A stretch of DNA of 44,824 bases from a virus. Lineage: Duplodnaviria > Heunggongvirae > Uroviricota > Caudoviricetes. The notes below the pieces were generated by a model. It made no database searches. It saw nothing but the letters and a program-made list of their open reading frames with translations, and was not told the origin of the DNA. Below are positions 31,123 to 44,824 of the stretch, in pieces. Each line of letters begins with the position of its first letter. Position 1 is the stretch's first letter. The stretch lies in the IMG/VR virus record IMGVR_UViG_647533158_000002; one strand, given 5' to 3'. Made by a program: the position numbers and the translations under genes.

Positions 31123-33676
31123 ACCGGTAGGCGATCTGGTCGTTGATTTAAGTCTGGATGCGGCCAGATTTGACGAGCAGATGGCCAGAGTCAGGCGTCA
31201 TTTTTCCAGTACGGAAAGTGATGCGAAAAAAACAGCGGCAGTCGTTGAACAGTCGCTGAGCCGACAGGCGCTGGCTGCACAGAAAGCGGGGATTTCCGTC
31301 GGGCAGTATAAAGCTGCCATGCGTATGCTGCCTGCGCAGTTCACCGACGTGGCCACGCAGCTTGCAGGCGGGCAAAGTCCGTGGCTGATCCTGCTGCAAC
31401 AGGGTGGTCAGGTGAAGGACTCCTTCGGCGGGATGATCCCCATGTTCAGGGGGCTTGCCGGTGCGATCACCCTGCCGATGGTCGGGGCCACCTCGCTGGC
31501 GGTGGCGACCGGTGCGCTGGCGTATGCCTGGTATCAGGGCAACTCAACCCTGTCCGATTTCAACAAAACGCTGGTCCTTTCCGGCAATCAGTCGGGTCTG
31601 ACGGCAGATCGTATGCTGGTCCTGTCCAGAGCCGGGCAGGCGGCAGGGCTGACGTTTAACCAGACCAGCGAGTCACTCAGCGCACTGGTTAAGGCGGGAG
31701 TAAGCGGTGAGGCTCAGATTGCATCCATCAGCCAGAGTGTGGCGCGTTTCTCCTCTGCATCCGGCGTGGAGGTGGACAAGGTCGCTGAAGCCTTCGGGAA
31801 GCTGACCACAGACCCGACGTCAGGGCTGACAGCGATGGCACGCCAGTTCCATAACGTGACGGCGGAGCAGATTGCGTATGTTGCTCAGTTGCAGCGTTCC
31901 GGCGATGAAGCCGGGGCATTGCAGGCGGCGAACGAGGCCGCGACGAAAGGGTTTGATGACCAGACCCGCCGCCTGAAAGAGAACATGGGTACGCTGGAGA
32001 CCTGGGCAGACAGGACAGCGCGGGCATTCAAATCCATGTGGGATGCGGTGCTGGATATTGGTCGTCCTGATACCGCTCAGGAGATGCTGATTAAGGCAGA
32101 GGCTGCGTTTAAGAAAGCGGACGACATCTGGAGTCTGCGCAAGGATGATTATTTTGTTAACGATGAAGCGCGGGCGCGTTACTGGGATGATCGTGAAAAG
32201 GCCCGTCTTGCGCTTGAAGCCGCGAGAAAGAAGGCTGAACAGCAGAGTCAACAGGACAAAAATGCGCAGCAGCAGAGCGATACTGAAGCGTCACGGCTGA
32301 AATATACCGAAGAGGCGCAGAAAGCTTACGAACGGCTGCAGACGCCGCTGGAGAAATATACCGCCCGTCAGGAAGAACTGAACAAGGCACTGAAGGACGG
32401 GAAAATTCTGCAGGCAGATTACAACACGCTGATGGCGGCGGCGAAAAAGGACTATGAAGCGACGCTGAAAAAGCCGAAACAGTCCGGCGTGAAGGTGTCT
32501 GCGGGCGATCGTCAGGAAGACAGTGCTCATGCTGCCCTGCTGACGCTTCAGGCTGAACTCCGGACGCTGGAGAAGCATGCCGGAGCAAATGAGAAAATCA
32601 GCCAGCAGCGCCGGGATTTGTGGAAGGCGGAGAGTCAGTTCGCGGTACTGGAGGAGGCGGCGCAACGTCGCCAGCTGTCTGCACAGGAGAAATCCCTGCT
32701 GGCGCATAAAGATGAGACGCTGGAGTACAAACTCCAGCTGGCTGCACTTGGCGACAAGGTTACGTATCAGGAGCGCCTGAACGCGCTGGCGCAGCAGGCG
32801 GATAAATTCGCACAGCAGCAACGGGCAAAACGGGCCGCCATTGATGCGAAAAGCCGGGGGCTGACTGACCGGCAGGCAGAACGGGAAGCCACGGAACAGC
32901 GCCTGAAGGAACAGTATGGCGATAATCCGCTGGCGCTGAATAACGTCATGTCAGAGCAGAAAAAGACCTGGGCGGCTGAAGACCAGCTTCGCGGGAGCTG
33001 GATGGCAGGCCTGAAGTCCGGCTGGAGTGAGTGGGAAGAGAGCGCCACGGACAGTATGTCGCAGGTAAAAAGTGCAGCCACGCAGACCTTTGATGGTATT
33101 GCACAGAATATGGCGGCGATGCTGACCGGCAGTGAGCAGAACTGGCGCAGCTTCACCCGTTCCGTGCTGTCCATGATGACAGAAATTCTGCTTAAGCAGG
33201 CAATGGTGGGGATTGTCGGGAGTATCGGCAGCGCTATTGGCGGGGCTGTTGGTGGCGGCGCATCCGCGTCAGGCGGTACAGCCATTCAGGCCGCTGCGGC
33301 GAAATTCCATTTTGCAACCGGAGGATTTACGGGAACCGGCGGCAAATATGAGCCAGCGGGGATTGTTCACCGTGGTGAATTTGTCTTCACAAAGGAGGCA
33401 ACCAGCCGGATTGGCGTGGGGAATCTCTACCGGCTGATGCGCGGCTATGCCACCGGTGGTTATGTCGGTACACCGGGCAGTCTGGCTGACAGCCGGTCGC
33501 AGGCGTCTGGGACGTTTGAGCAGAATAACCATGTGGTGATTAACAACGACGGCACGAACGGGCAGATAGGTCCGGCTGCTCTGAAGGCGGTGTATGACAT
33601 GGCCCGCAAGGGTGCCCGTGATGAAATTCAGACACAGATGCGTGATGGTGGACTGTTCTCCGGAGGTGGACGATGA
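31115..33676 (+). CDS. H: tail tape-measure protein H
   Basis: 853 aa, coiled-coil/Ala-rich, recognised as lambda gpH. Confidence 0.95.
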   Translation: MAEPVGDLVVDLSLDAARFDEQMARVRRHFSSTESDAKKTAAVVEQSLSRQALAAQKAGISVGQYKAAMRMLPAQFTDVATQLAGGQSPWLILLQQGGQVKDSFGGMIPMFRGLAGAITLPMVGATSLAVATGALAYAWYQGNSTLSDFNKTLVLSGNQSGLTADRMLVLSRAGQAAGLTFNQTSESLSALVKAGVSGEAQIASISQSVARFSSASGVEVDKVAEAFGKLTTDPTSGLTAMARQFHNVTAEQIAYVAQLQRSGDEAGALQAANEAATKGFDDQTRRLKENMGTLETWADRTARAFKSMWDAVLDIGRPDTAQEMLIKAEAAFKKADDIWSLRKDDYFVNDEARARYWDDREKARLALEAARKKAEQQSQQDKNAQQQSDTEASRLKYTEEAQKAYERLQTPLEKYTARQEELNKALKDGKILQADYNTLMAAAKKDYEATLKKPKQSGVKVSAGDRQEDSAHAALLTLQAELRTLEKHAGANEKISQQRRDLWKAESQFAVLEEAAQRRQLSAQEKSLLAHKDETLEYKLQLAALGDKVTYQERLNALAQQADKFAQQQRAKRAAIDAKSRGLTDRQAEREATEQRLKEQYGDNPLALNNVMSEQKKTWAAEDQLRGSWMAGLKSGWSEWEESATDSMSQVKSAATQTFDGIAQNMAAMLTGSEQNWRSFTRSVLSMMTEILLKQAMVGIVGSIGSAIGGAVGGGASASGGTAIQAAAAKFHFATGGFTGTGGKYEPAGIVHRGEFVFTKEATSRIGVGNLYRLMRGYATGGYVGTPGSLADSRSQASGTFEQNNHVVINNDGTNGQIGPAALKAVYDMARKGARDEIQTQMRDGGLFSGGGR

Positions 33677-34002
33677 AAACCTTCCGCTGGAAAGTGAAAC
33701 CCGGTATGGATGTGGCTTCGGCCCCTTCTGTAAGAAAGGTGCGCTTTGGTGATGGCTATTCCCAGCGAGCGCCTGCCGGGCTGAATGCCAACCTGAAAAC
33801 GTACAGCGTGACGCTTTCTGTCCCCCGTGAGGAGGCCACGGTACTGGAGTCGTTTCTGGAAGAGCACGGGGGCTGGAAAGCCTTTCTGTGGACGCCGCCT
33901 TATGAGTGGCGGCAGATAAAGGTGACCTGCGCAAAATGGTCGTCGCGGGTCAGTATGCTGCGTGTTGAGTTCAGCGCAGAGTTTGAACAGGTGGTGAACT
34001 GA
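33673..34002 (+). CDS. M: tail tip protein M
   Basis: 109 aa MKTFRWKVKPGMDVASAPSVRKVRFGDGYSQRAPAGLNAN... Confidence 0.9.
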   Translation: MKTFRWKVKPGMDVASAPSVRKVRFGDGYSQRAPAGLNANLKTYSVTLSVPREEATVLESFLEEHGGWKAFLWTPPYEWRQIKVTCAKWSSRVSMLRVEFSAEFEQVVN

Positions 34003-34700
34003 TGCAGGATATCCGGCAGGAAACACTGAATGAATGCACCCGTGCGGAGCAGTCGGCCAGCGTGGTGCTCTGGGAAATCGACCTGACAGAGGTCGGTGGA
34101 GAACGTTATTTTTTCTGTAATGAGCAGAACGAAAAAGGTGTGCCGGTCACCTGGCAGGGGCGACAGTATCAGCCGTATCCCATTCAGGGGAGTGGTTTTG
34201 AACTGAATGGCAAAGGCACCAGTACGCGCCCCACGCTGACGGTTTCTAACCTGTACGGTATGGTCACCGGGATGGCGGAAGATCTGCAGAGTCTGGTCGG
34301 CGGAACGGTGGTCCGGCGTAAGGTTTACGCCCGTTTTCTGGATGCGGTGAACTTCGTCAACGGAAACAGTGACGCCGATCCGGAGCAGGAGGTGATCAGC
34401 CGCTGGCGCATCGAGCAGTGCAGCGAACTGAGCGCGGTGAGTGCCTCCTTTGTACTGTCCACGCCGACGGAAACGGATGGCGCTGTTTTTCCGGGACGTA
34501 TCATGCTGGCCAACACCTGCACTTGGACCTATCGCGGTGATGAGTGCGGTTATCACGGTCCGGCAGTCGCGGATGAATATGACCAGCCGACGTCCGATAT
34601 CACGAAGGATAAATGCAGCAAATGCCTGAGCGGCTGTAAGTTTCGCAATAACGTCGGCAACTTTGGCGGCTTCCTTTCCATTAACAAACTTTCGCAGTAA
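34002..34700 (+). CDS. L: tail tip protein L
   Basis: 232 aa with C-terminal Cys cluster (CSKCLSGCKF). Confidence 0.9.
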   Translation: MQDIRQETLNECTRAEQSASVVLWEIDLTEVGGERYFFCNEQNEKGVPVTWQGRQYQPYPIQGSGFELNGKGTSTRPTLTVSNLYGMVTGMAEDLQSLVGGTVVRRKVYARFLDAVNFVNGNSDADPEQEVISRWRIEQCSELSAVSASFVLSTPTETDGAVFPGRIMLANTCTWTYRGDECGYHGPAVADEYDQPTSDITKDKCSKCLSGCKFRNNVGNFGGFLSINKLSQ

Positions 34701-34704
34701 TCCC

Positions 34705-35348
34705 ATGACAGAGACAGAATCAGCGATTCTGGCGCACGCCCGGCGATGTGCGCCAGCGGAGTCGTGCGGCTTCGTGGTGAGAGCGCCGGAGGGGGAAAGA
34801 TATTTTCCCTGCGTGAATATTTCCGGTGAGCCGGAGGATTATTTCCGGATGGCTCCGGAGGACTGGCTGCAGGCAGAGATGCAGGGTGAGATTGTGGCAC
34901 TGGTCCACAGTCATCCCGGTGGTCTGCCCTGGCTGAGTGAGGCTGACCGGCGGCTGCAGGTGCAGAGTGATTTGCCGTGGTGGCTGGTCTGCCGGGGGGC
35001 GATTCACAAGTTCCGCTGTGTGCCGCATCTCACCGGGCGGCGCTTTGAGCACGGGGTGACGGACTGTTACACGCTGTTCCGGGATGCTTATCATCTGGCG
35101 GGGATTGAGATGCCGGATTTTCATCGCGGGGATGACTGGTGGCGTCACGGTCAGAATCTCTATCTGGATAATCTGGAGGCCACAGGGCTGTATCAGGTGC
35201 CGTTGTCATCAGCACAACCGGGCGATGTGCTGCTGTGCTGTTTTGGTTCATCGGTGCCGAATCATGCCGCCATTTACTGTGGTGATGGCGAGCTGCTGCA
35301 CCATATTCCTGAACAACTGAGCAAACGAGAGAGGTATACCGACAAATG
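34705..35348 (+). CDS. K: tail tip assembly protein K (3' end lost in N-run)
   Basis: ATG 34705 (MTETESAILAHARRCAPAESCGFVV...); HSHPGG JAMM/MPN-like motif then NlpC/P60-like region; ORF runs into gap at 35349. Confidence 0.8.
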
Positions 35349-35621
35349 NNNNNNNNNNNNNNNNNNNNNNNNNNNNNNNNNNNNNNNNNNNNNNNNNNNN
35401 NNNNNNNNNNNNNNNNNNNNNNNNNNNNNNNNNNNNNNNNNNNNNNNNNNNNNNNNNNNNNNNNNNNNNNNNNNNNNNNNNNNNNNNNNNNNNNNNNNNN
35501 NNNNNNNNNNNNNNNNNNNNNNNNNNNNNNNNNNNNNNNNNNNNNNNNNNNNNNNNNNNNNNNNNNNNNNNNNNNNNNNNNNNNNNNNNNNNNNNNNNNN
35601 NNNNNNNNNNNNNNNNNNNNN
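35349..35621. other. run of 273 N (unresolved or masked sequence) spanning the K/I junction
   Basis: Literal n characters in the sequence. Confidence 1.
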
Positions 35622-36213
35622 CGCCGCATCGACCTTCGTGTGAAAACGGGGGCGTGAAGCCATCCGCGCACTGGCCACACAGCTCCCGGCGTTTCGTCAG
35701 AAACTGAGCGACGGCTGGTATCAGGTACGGATTGCCGGGCAGGATGTCAGCACGTCCGGATTAACGGCGCAGTTACATGAGACTCTGCCTGATGGCGCTG
35801 TGATTCATATTGTTCCCAGAGTCGCCGGGGCCAAGTCAGGTGGTGTATTCCAGATTGTCCTGGGAGCAGCCGCCATTGCCGGATCATTCTTTACCGCCGG
35901 AGCCACCCTTACAGCATGGGGGGCAGCCATTGGGGCCGGTGGTATGACCGGCATCCTGTTTTCTCTCGGTGCCAGTATGGTGCTCGGTGGTGTGGCGCAG
36001 ATGCTGGCACCGAAAGCCCGGACGCCCACAGCGACCAGCACGGATAACGGTAAGCAGAACACCTATTTTTCATCACTGGATAACATGGTTGCCCAGGGCA
36101 ATGTTCTGCCTGTTCTGTACGGTGAAATGCGCGTGGGGTCACGCGTGGTTTCTCAGGAGATCAGCACGGCAGACGAAGGGGATGGTGGTCAGGTTGTGGT
36201 GATTGGTCGCTGA
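35622..36213 (+). CDS. I: tail tip assembly protein I (5' end in N-run; apparent +1 frame disruption at about 35655)
   Basis: Frame 0 reads RRIDLRVKTGA then stop (35655-35657); frame 1 continues EAIRALATQLPAFRQKLSDGWYQVRIAGQDV... to 36213; the two pieces look like one contiguous lambda gpI sequence separated by a single extra base. Confidence 0.65.
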
Positions 36214-36273
36214 TGCAAAATGTTTTATGTGAAACCGCCTGCGGGAGGTTTTGTCGTTTATGGAGCGTGAGGA

Positions 36274-39898
<3,625 letters not shown>

Positions 39899-39915
39899 AT
39901 TTTATAACCCATAAC

Positions 39916-39941
39916 GGGCGTCAGAAATGACGCCTTTTTTA
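39916..39941 (+). terminator. rho-independent terminator after J
   Basis: GGGCGTCA-gaaa-TGACGCC followed by TTTTTTATT. Confidence 0.7.
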
Positions 39942-39964
39942 TTGCAGAAAAGCGAGAGGTAATT

Positions 39965-40564
39965 ATGCGTAAACTTTATGCCGCCATTTTGTCCGCAGCC
40001 ATTTGTCTGGCCGTATCCGGTGCGCCTGCATGGGCGTCTGAACATCAGTCCACGCTGAGCGCGGGGTATCTTCATGCCTCGACGAACGTTCCCGGCAGCG
40101 ATGATCTGAACGGGATTAACGTGAAATACCGTTATGAGTTTACGGACACACTGGGGATGGTGACGTCATTCAGCTATGCAGGAGACAAGAATCGCCAGCT
40201 GACCCATTACAGCGATACCCGCTGGCATGAAGATTCCGTGCGTAACCGCTGGTTCAGCGTGATGGCGGGGCCGTCTGTGCGCGTGAATGAATGGTTCAGC
40301 GCGTATGCGATGGCGGGTGTGGCTTACAGCCGTGTGTCGACTTTCTCCGGGGATTATCTTCGCGTAACTGACAACAAGGGGAAAACGCACGATGTGCTGA
40401 CCGGAAGTGATGACGGTCGCCACAGCAACACGTCTCTGGCGTGGGGAGCTGGCGTGCAGTTTAACCCGACCGAATCCGTGGCCATTGATATTGCTTATGA
40501 AGGTTCCGGCAGTGGCGACTGGCGCACTGACGGTTTCATCGTGGGTGTCGGTTATAAGTTCTGA
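39965..40564 (+). CDS. lom: Lom outer-membrane protein (Ail/Lom family)
   Basis: 199 aa with signal peptide, beta-barrel pattern ending in GYKF; GAGAGG RBS. Confidence 0.9.
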   Translation: MRKLYAAILSAAICLAVSGAPAWASEHQSTLSAGYLHASTNVPGSDDLNGINVKYRYEFTDTLGMVTSFSYAGDKNRQLTHYSDTRWHEDSVRNRWFSVMAGPSVRVNEWFSAYAMAGVAYSRVSTFSGDYLRVTDNKGKTHDVLTGSDDGRHSNTSLAWGAGVQFNPTESVAIDIAYEGSGSGDWRTDGFIVGVGYKF

Positions 40565-40590
40565 TTAGCCAGGTAACACAGTGTTATGAC

Positions 40591-40617
40591 AGCCCGCCGG
40601 TTCAGGCGGGCTTTTTT
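40591..40617 (+). terminator. rho-independent terminator after lom
   Basis: AGCCCGCC-ggttca-GGCGGGCT followed by TTTTTTG. Confidence 0.75.
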
Positions 40618-40628
40618 GTGGGGTGAAT

Positions 40629-43600
40629 ATGGCAGTAAAGATTTCAGGTGTACTGAAAGACGGCACAGGAAAACCGGTACAGAACTGCACAATCCAGCTG
40701 AAAGCAAAACGTAACAGCACCACGGTGGTGGTGAACACGCTGGCCTCAGAAAATCCGGATGAAGCCGGGCGTTACAGCATGGACGTTGAGTACGGTCAGT
40801 ACAGCGTTATTCTGTTGGTGGAAGGATTCCCGCCGTCACATGCCGGGACCATCACCGTGTATGAAGATTCTCAACCCGGTACGCTGAATGATTTTCTCGG
40901 TGCCATGACGGAGGATGATGCCCGTCCGGAGGCACTGCGCCGTTTTGAACTGATGGTGGAAGAGGTGGCGCGTAACGCGTCCGCGGTGGCACAGAACACG
41001 GCAGCCGCGAAGAAGTCAGCCAGTGATGCCAGCACATCAGCCCGTGAGGCGGCAACCCATGCGGCTGATGCTGCGGACTCAGCACGCGCAGCCAGCACGT
41101 CAGCCGGACAGGCCGCGTCGTCGGCTCAGTCAGCGTCTTCCAGCGCAGGAACGGCATCAACAAAGGCCACTGAAGCATCAAAAAGTGCTGCCGCTGCAGA
41201 GTCCTCAAAAAGCGCGGCGGCCACCAGTGCCGGTGCGGCGAAAACGTCAGAAACGAATGCTTCAGCGTCACAACAATCAGCAGCCACATCTGCATCCACC
41301 GCGACCACGAAGGCATCAGAAGCTGCGACCTCGGCCCGGGATGCGGCGGCCTCAAAAGAGGCGGCAAAATCATCAGAAACGAGCGCAGCCTCGAGCGCCA
41401 GTAGTGCAGCTTCCTCGGCAACGGCGGCAGGAAATTCCGCGAAGGCGGCAAAAACGTCCGAGACGAACGCCAGGTCTTCTGAAACGGCAGCGGGACAGAG
41501 CGCCTCAGCTGCGGCAGGCTCAAAAACAGCGGCTGCGTCGTCTGCCAGTGCAGCGTCAACAAGTGCCGGGCAGGCCTCANNNNNNNNNNNNNNNNNNNNN
41601 NNNNNNNNNNNNNNNNNNNNNNNNNNNNNNNNNNNNNNNNNNNNNNNNNNNNNNNNNNNNNNNNNNNNNNNNNNNNNNNNNNNNNNNNNNNNNNNNNNNN
41701 NNNNNNNNNNNNNNNNNNNNNNNNNNNNNNNNNNNNNNNNNNNNNNNNNNNNNNNNNNNNNNNNNNNNNNNNNNNNNNNNNNNNNNNNNNNNNNNNNNNN
41801 NNNNNNNNNNNNNNNNNNNNAGGCCTCAGCCAGTGCCACCGCCGCCGGAAAATCGGCAGAAAGCGCTGCATTGTCCGCTTCAACAGCCACAACGAAGGCT
41901 GGCGAAGCCGCTGAACAGGCCAGCGCAGCAGCGAGGTCTGCATCCGCAGCGAAGACATCCGAAACGAACGCGAAAGCGTCGGAAACCAGCGCAGAATCCT
42001 CAAAAACGGCAGCGGCATCGTCTGCCAGTTCGGCGGCGTCATCGGCATCATCTGCGTCTGCTTCAAAAGATGAGGCGACCAGACAGGCGTCAGCAGCGAA
42101 GGGCAGCGCCACGACGGCATCCACGAAGGCGACAGAGGCTGCTGGCAGTGCGACAGCGGCAGCACAGAGCAAAAGTACGGCGGAATCCGCGGCAACGCGC
42201 GCCGAGACAGCAGCTAAACGGGCAGAGGATATTGCATCCGCCGTGGCGCTTGAGGATGCAAGTACGACGAAAAAGGGGATAGTACAGCTCAGCAGTGCGA
42301 CCAACAGTACGTCTGAAACGCTGGCGGCAACGCCAAAGTCAGTAAAATCAGCCTATGACAATGCAGAGAAACGTCTGCAGAAAGACCAGAACGGCGCTGA
42401 TATACCCGATAAGGGACGCTTCCTGAACAACATTAACGCGGTCAGTAAAACAGACTTTGCTGATAAGCGTGGTATGCGTTATGTGCGGGTTAACGCTCCT
42501 GCAGGTGCAACATCTGGAAAATATTACCCTGTTGTTGTTATGCGTTCTGCTGGCTCAGTAAGCGAACTGGCATCAAGGGTCATTATCACCACGGCAACGC
42601 GAACCGCAGGCGATCCGATGAATAACTGCGAGTTTAACGGATTTGTTATGCCTGGTGGCTGGACTGACAGGGGGCGTTATGCTTATGGAATGTTCTGGCA
42701 ATATCAAAACAATGAACGAGCCATCCACTCAATAATGATGAGTAATAAGGGCGATGATTTGCGCTCTGTGTTCTATGTTGATGGCGCTGCTTTCCCTGTT
42801 TTTGCGTTTATCGAAGATGGCCTGTCAATATCCGCACCTGGTGCTGATCTCGTTGTTAATGATACGACCTATAAGTTTGGGACAACAATTCCAGCGACTG
42901 AATGTATCGCGGCGGACGTTATCCTTGATTTTAAGAGTGGGCGTGGTTTTTATGAGTCCCATTCGTTAATCGTTAACGATAACTTGTCGTGCAAAAAACT
43001 TTTTGCCACAGACGAAATTGTAGCGCGTGGTGGTAATCAGATTCGAATGATAGGTGGGGAGTATGGGGCATTATGGCGTAATGATGGCGCTAAAACTTAC
43101 CTGCTGCTTACCAATCAAGGTGATGTTTATGGTGGCTGGAATACATTAAGACCGTTTGCTATTGATAACGCAACCGGCGAACTGGTTATTGGAACCAAAC
43201 TGTCTGCAAGTCTGAACGGTAACGCATTGACAGCAACAAAGCTGCAAACGCCAAGACTGGTTTCTGGGGTTGAGTTTGATGGTTCAAAAGATATTACTTT
43301 AACCGCCGCGCATGTGGCTGCTTTTGCCAGAAGGGCAACGGATACATATGCCGATGCGGATGGTGGCGTTCCCTGGAATGCCGAATCAGGCGCTTACAAT
43401 GTCACCCGCTCTGGCGACAGCTATATTCTGGTTAACTTCTATACCGGAGTCGGAAGTTGCCGGACCCTGCAGATGAAGGCGCATTACAGAAATGGAGGTC
43501 TGTTCTACCGTTCCTCAAGAGATGGCTATGGTTTTGAGGAAGGCTGGGCAGAAGTTTATACCTCGAAAAATCTTCCACCAGAAAGCTACCCAGTTGGCGC

Positions 43601-44240
43601 ACCAATTCCGTGGCCATCAGATACCGTTCCGTCTGGTTATGCCCTGATGCAGGGGCAGACTTTTGACAAATCTGCATACCCGAAACTTGCAGTTGCTTAT
43701 CCGTCAGGCGTGATCCCTGATATGCGTGGCTGGACGATTAAGGGCAAGCCCGCCAGTGGTCGTGCCGTATTGTCTCAGGAACAGGACGGCATTAAATCGC
43801 ACACCCACAGCGCCAGCGCATCCAGTACGGATTTGGGTACGAAAACCACATCGTCGTTTGATTACGGCACTAAATCTACGAATAACACCGGGGCACATAC
43901 ACACAGTGTGAGCGGCTCTACAAACTCGGCTGGAGCACACACACACTCACTAGCCAACGTGAACACGGCTAGTGCTAACTCCGGTGCTGGTAGTGCATCA
44001 ACAAGATTGTCTGTTGTGCATAATCAAAACTATGCAACATCATCTGCTGGCGCACATACCCACTCACTGTCCGGCACTGCTGCAAGCGCAGGTGCACACG
44101 CACATACTGTCGGTATTGGTGCTCATACGCACTCGGTTGCGATTGGCTCACATGGACACACCATCACCGTTAACGCTGCTGGTAACGCGGAAAACACCGT
44201 CAAAAACATCGCATTTAACTATATTGTGAGGCTTGCATAA
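40629..44240 (+). CDS. stf: side tail fibre protein Stf (interrupted by N-run 41580-41820)
   Basis: N-terminus [32 protein letters not shown]... matches lambda Stf; long Ala/Ser/Thr-rich repeat region; C-terminal His-rich GAHTHS repeats ending [11 protein letters not shown]; frame is continuous across the N-run. Confidence 0.9.
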   Translation: MAVKISGVLKDGTGKPVQNCTIQLKAKRNSTTVVVNTLASENPDEAGRYSMDVEYGQYSVILLVEGFPPSHAGTITVYEDSQPGTLNDFLGAMTEDDARPEALRRFELMVEEVARNASAVAQNTAAAKKSASDASTSAREAATHAADAADSARAASTSAGQAASSAQSASSSAGTASTKATEASKSAAAAESSKSAAATSAGAAKTSETNASASQQSAATSASTATTKASEAATSARDAAASKEAAKSSETSAASSASSAASSATAAGNSAKAAKTSETNARSSETAAGQSASAAAGSKTAAASSASAASTSAGQASXXXXXXXXXXXXXXXXXXXXXXXXXXXXXXXXXXXXXXXXXXXXXXXXXXXXXXXXXXXXXXXXXXXXXXXXXXXXXXXXXASASATAAGKSAESAALSASTATTKAGEAAEQASAAARSASAAKTSETNAKASETSAESSKTAAASSASSAASSASSASASKDEATRQASAAKGSATTASTKATEAAGSATAAAQSKSTAESAATRAETAAKRAEDIASAVALEDASTTKKGIVQLSSATNSTSETLAATPKSVKSAYDNAEKRLQKDQNGADIPDKGRFLNNINAVSKTDFADKRGMRYVRVNAPAGATSGKYYPVVVMRSAGSVSELASRVIITTATRTAGDPMNNCEFNGFVMPGGWTDRGRYAYGMFWQYQNNERAIHSIMMSNKGDDLRSVFYVDGAAFPVFAFIEDGLSISAPGADLVVNDTTYKFGTTIPATECIAADVILDFKSGRGFYESHSLIVNDNLSCKKLFATDEIVARGGNQIRMIGGEYGALWRNDGAKTYLLLTNQGDVYGGWNTLRPFAIDNATGELVIGTKLSASLNGNALTATKLQTPRLVSGVEFDGSKDITLTAAHVAAFARRATDTYADADGGVPWNAESGAYNVTRSGDSYILVNFYTGVGSCRTLQMKAHYRNGGLFYRSSRDGYGFEEGWAEVYTSKNLPPESYPVGAPIPWPSDTVPSGYALMQGQTFDKSAYPKLAVAYPSGVIPDMRGWTIKGKPASGRAVLSQEQDGIKSHTHSASASSTDLGTKTTSSFDYGTKSTNNTGAHTHSVSGSTNSAGAHTHSLANVNTASANSGAGSASTRLSVVHNQNYATSSAGAHTHSLSGTAASAGAHAHTVGIGAHTHSVAIGSHGHTITVNAAGNAENTVKNIAFNYIVRLA
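41580..41820. other. run of 241 N inside the stf repeat region
   Basis: Literal n characters; both flanks carry the same CAGGCCTCA motif. Confidence 1.
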
Positions 44241-44824
44241 TGGCATTCAGAATGAGTGAACAACCACGGACCATAAAAATTTATAATCTGCTGGCCGGAA
44301 CTAATGAATTTATTGGTGAAGGTGACGCATATATTCCGCCTCATACAGGTCTGCCAGCAAACAGTACCGATATTGCACCGCCAGATATTCCGGCTGGCTT
44401 TGTGGCTGTTTTCAACAGTGATGAGGCATCGTGGCATCTCGTTGAAGACCATCGGGGTAAAACCGTCTATGACGTGGCTTCCGGCGACGCGTTATTTATT
44501 TCTGAACTCGGCTCATTACCGGAAAATGTCACCTGGTTATCCCCGGAAGGGGAGTTTCAGAAGTGGAACGGCACAACCTGGGTGAAAGATGCAGAAGCAG
44601 AAAAACTGTTCCGGATCCGGGAGGCGGAAGAAACAAAAAACAGCCTGATGCAGGTAGCCAGTGAGCATATTGCGCCACTTCAGGATGCTGCAGATCTGGA
44701 AATCGCAACGGAGGGAGAAACCTCGTTGCTGGAAGCCTGGAAAAAGTATCGGGTGTTGCTGAACCGTGTTGATATATCAACTGCACCTGATATTGAGTGG
44801 CCTACGAACCCTGTCAGGGAGTAA
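44240..44824 (+). CDS. tfa: tail fibre assembly protein Tfa
   Basis: 194 aa [44 protein letters not shown]...; ATG overlaps stf stop; stop is the last codon of the window. Confidence 0.9.
   Translation: MAFRMSEQPRTIKIYNLLAGTNEFIGEGDAYIPPHTGLPANSTDIAPPDIPAGFVAVFNSDEASWHLVEDHRGKTVYDVASGDALFISELGSLPENVTWLSPEGEFQKWNGTTWVKDAEAEKLFRIREAEETKNSLMQVASEHIAPLQDAADLEIATEGETSLLEAWKKYRVLLNRVDISTAPDIEWPTNPVRE

Noticed and set aside
31728-33934. Cluster of minus-strand ORFs (up to 221 aa) across the H gene
   Set aside because: Antisense to the tape-measure gene; low-complexity translations; no start signals.
35349-35621. N-runs as possible biological features, and the X-rich translations that span them
   Set aside because: They are unresolved or masked bases; ORFs consisting mostly of X carry no information.
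40852-42304. Long ORFs (447, 419 and 392 aa) on the opposite strand and alternate frames inside stf
   Set aside because: They lie within the GC-rich Ala/Ser codon repeat region and run through the N-run; stop-free frames are expected from such repeats. The stf frame has the recognisable N- and C-termini.

Overview
Nearly the whole window is one integrated lambdoid prophage, running from the int stop codon (position 1) to the tfa stop codon (position 44824). Gene order is int-xis-(small early-left ORFs)-exo-bet-gam-(N-slot ORF)-pL/OL | Ser/Thr kinase + PP2C phosphatase | cI-OR-cro-(cII-slot gene)-O(ori)-P-ren | emrE-ybcK-ybcL-ybcM | ybcN-ninE-ybcO-rusA-ylcG-quuD | nmpC (opposite strand) | essD-rrrD-rzpD/rzoD | borD-ylcI | cos | nu1-A-W-B-C/nu3-D-E-FI-FII-Z-U-V-G/T-H-M-L-K-I-J | lom-stf-tfa. 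Recombination, replication and virion proteins read as near-identical to phage lambda from memory; the integrase, nin region and lysis cassette look DLP12/phage-21-like, so the element is a mosaic. Three N-runs interrupt K/I, J and stf. The standout is the slot immediately downstream of cI, where lambda carries rexA-rexB: here it holds a translationally coupled eukaryotic-like Ser/Thr kinase and PP2C phosphatase, AT-rich and closed by a terminator, which I flag as a candidate prophage-encoded phage-exclusion module. No similarity search could be run; all identifications are from reading the translations and sequence, and none of the numbers are database results.
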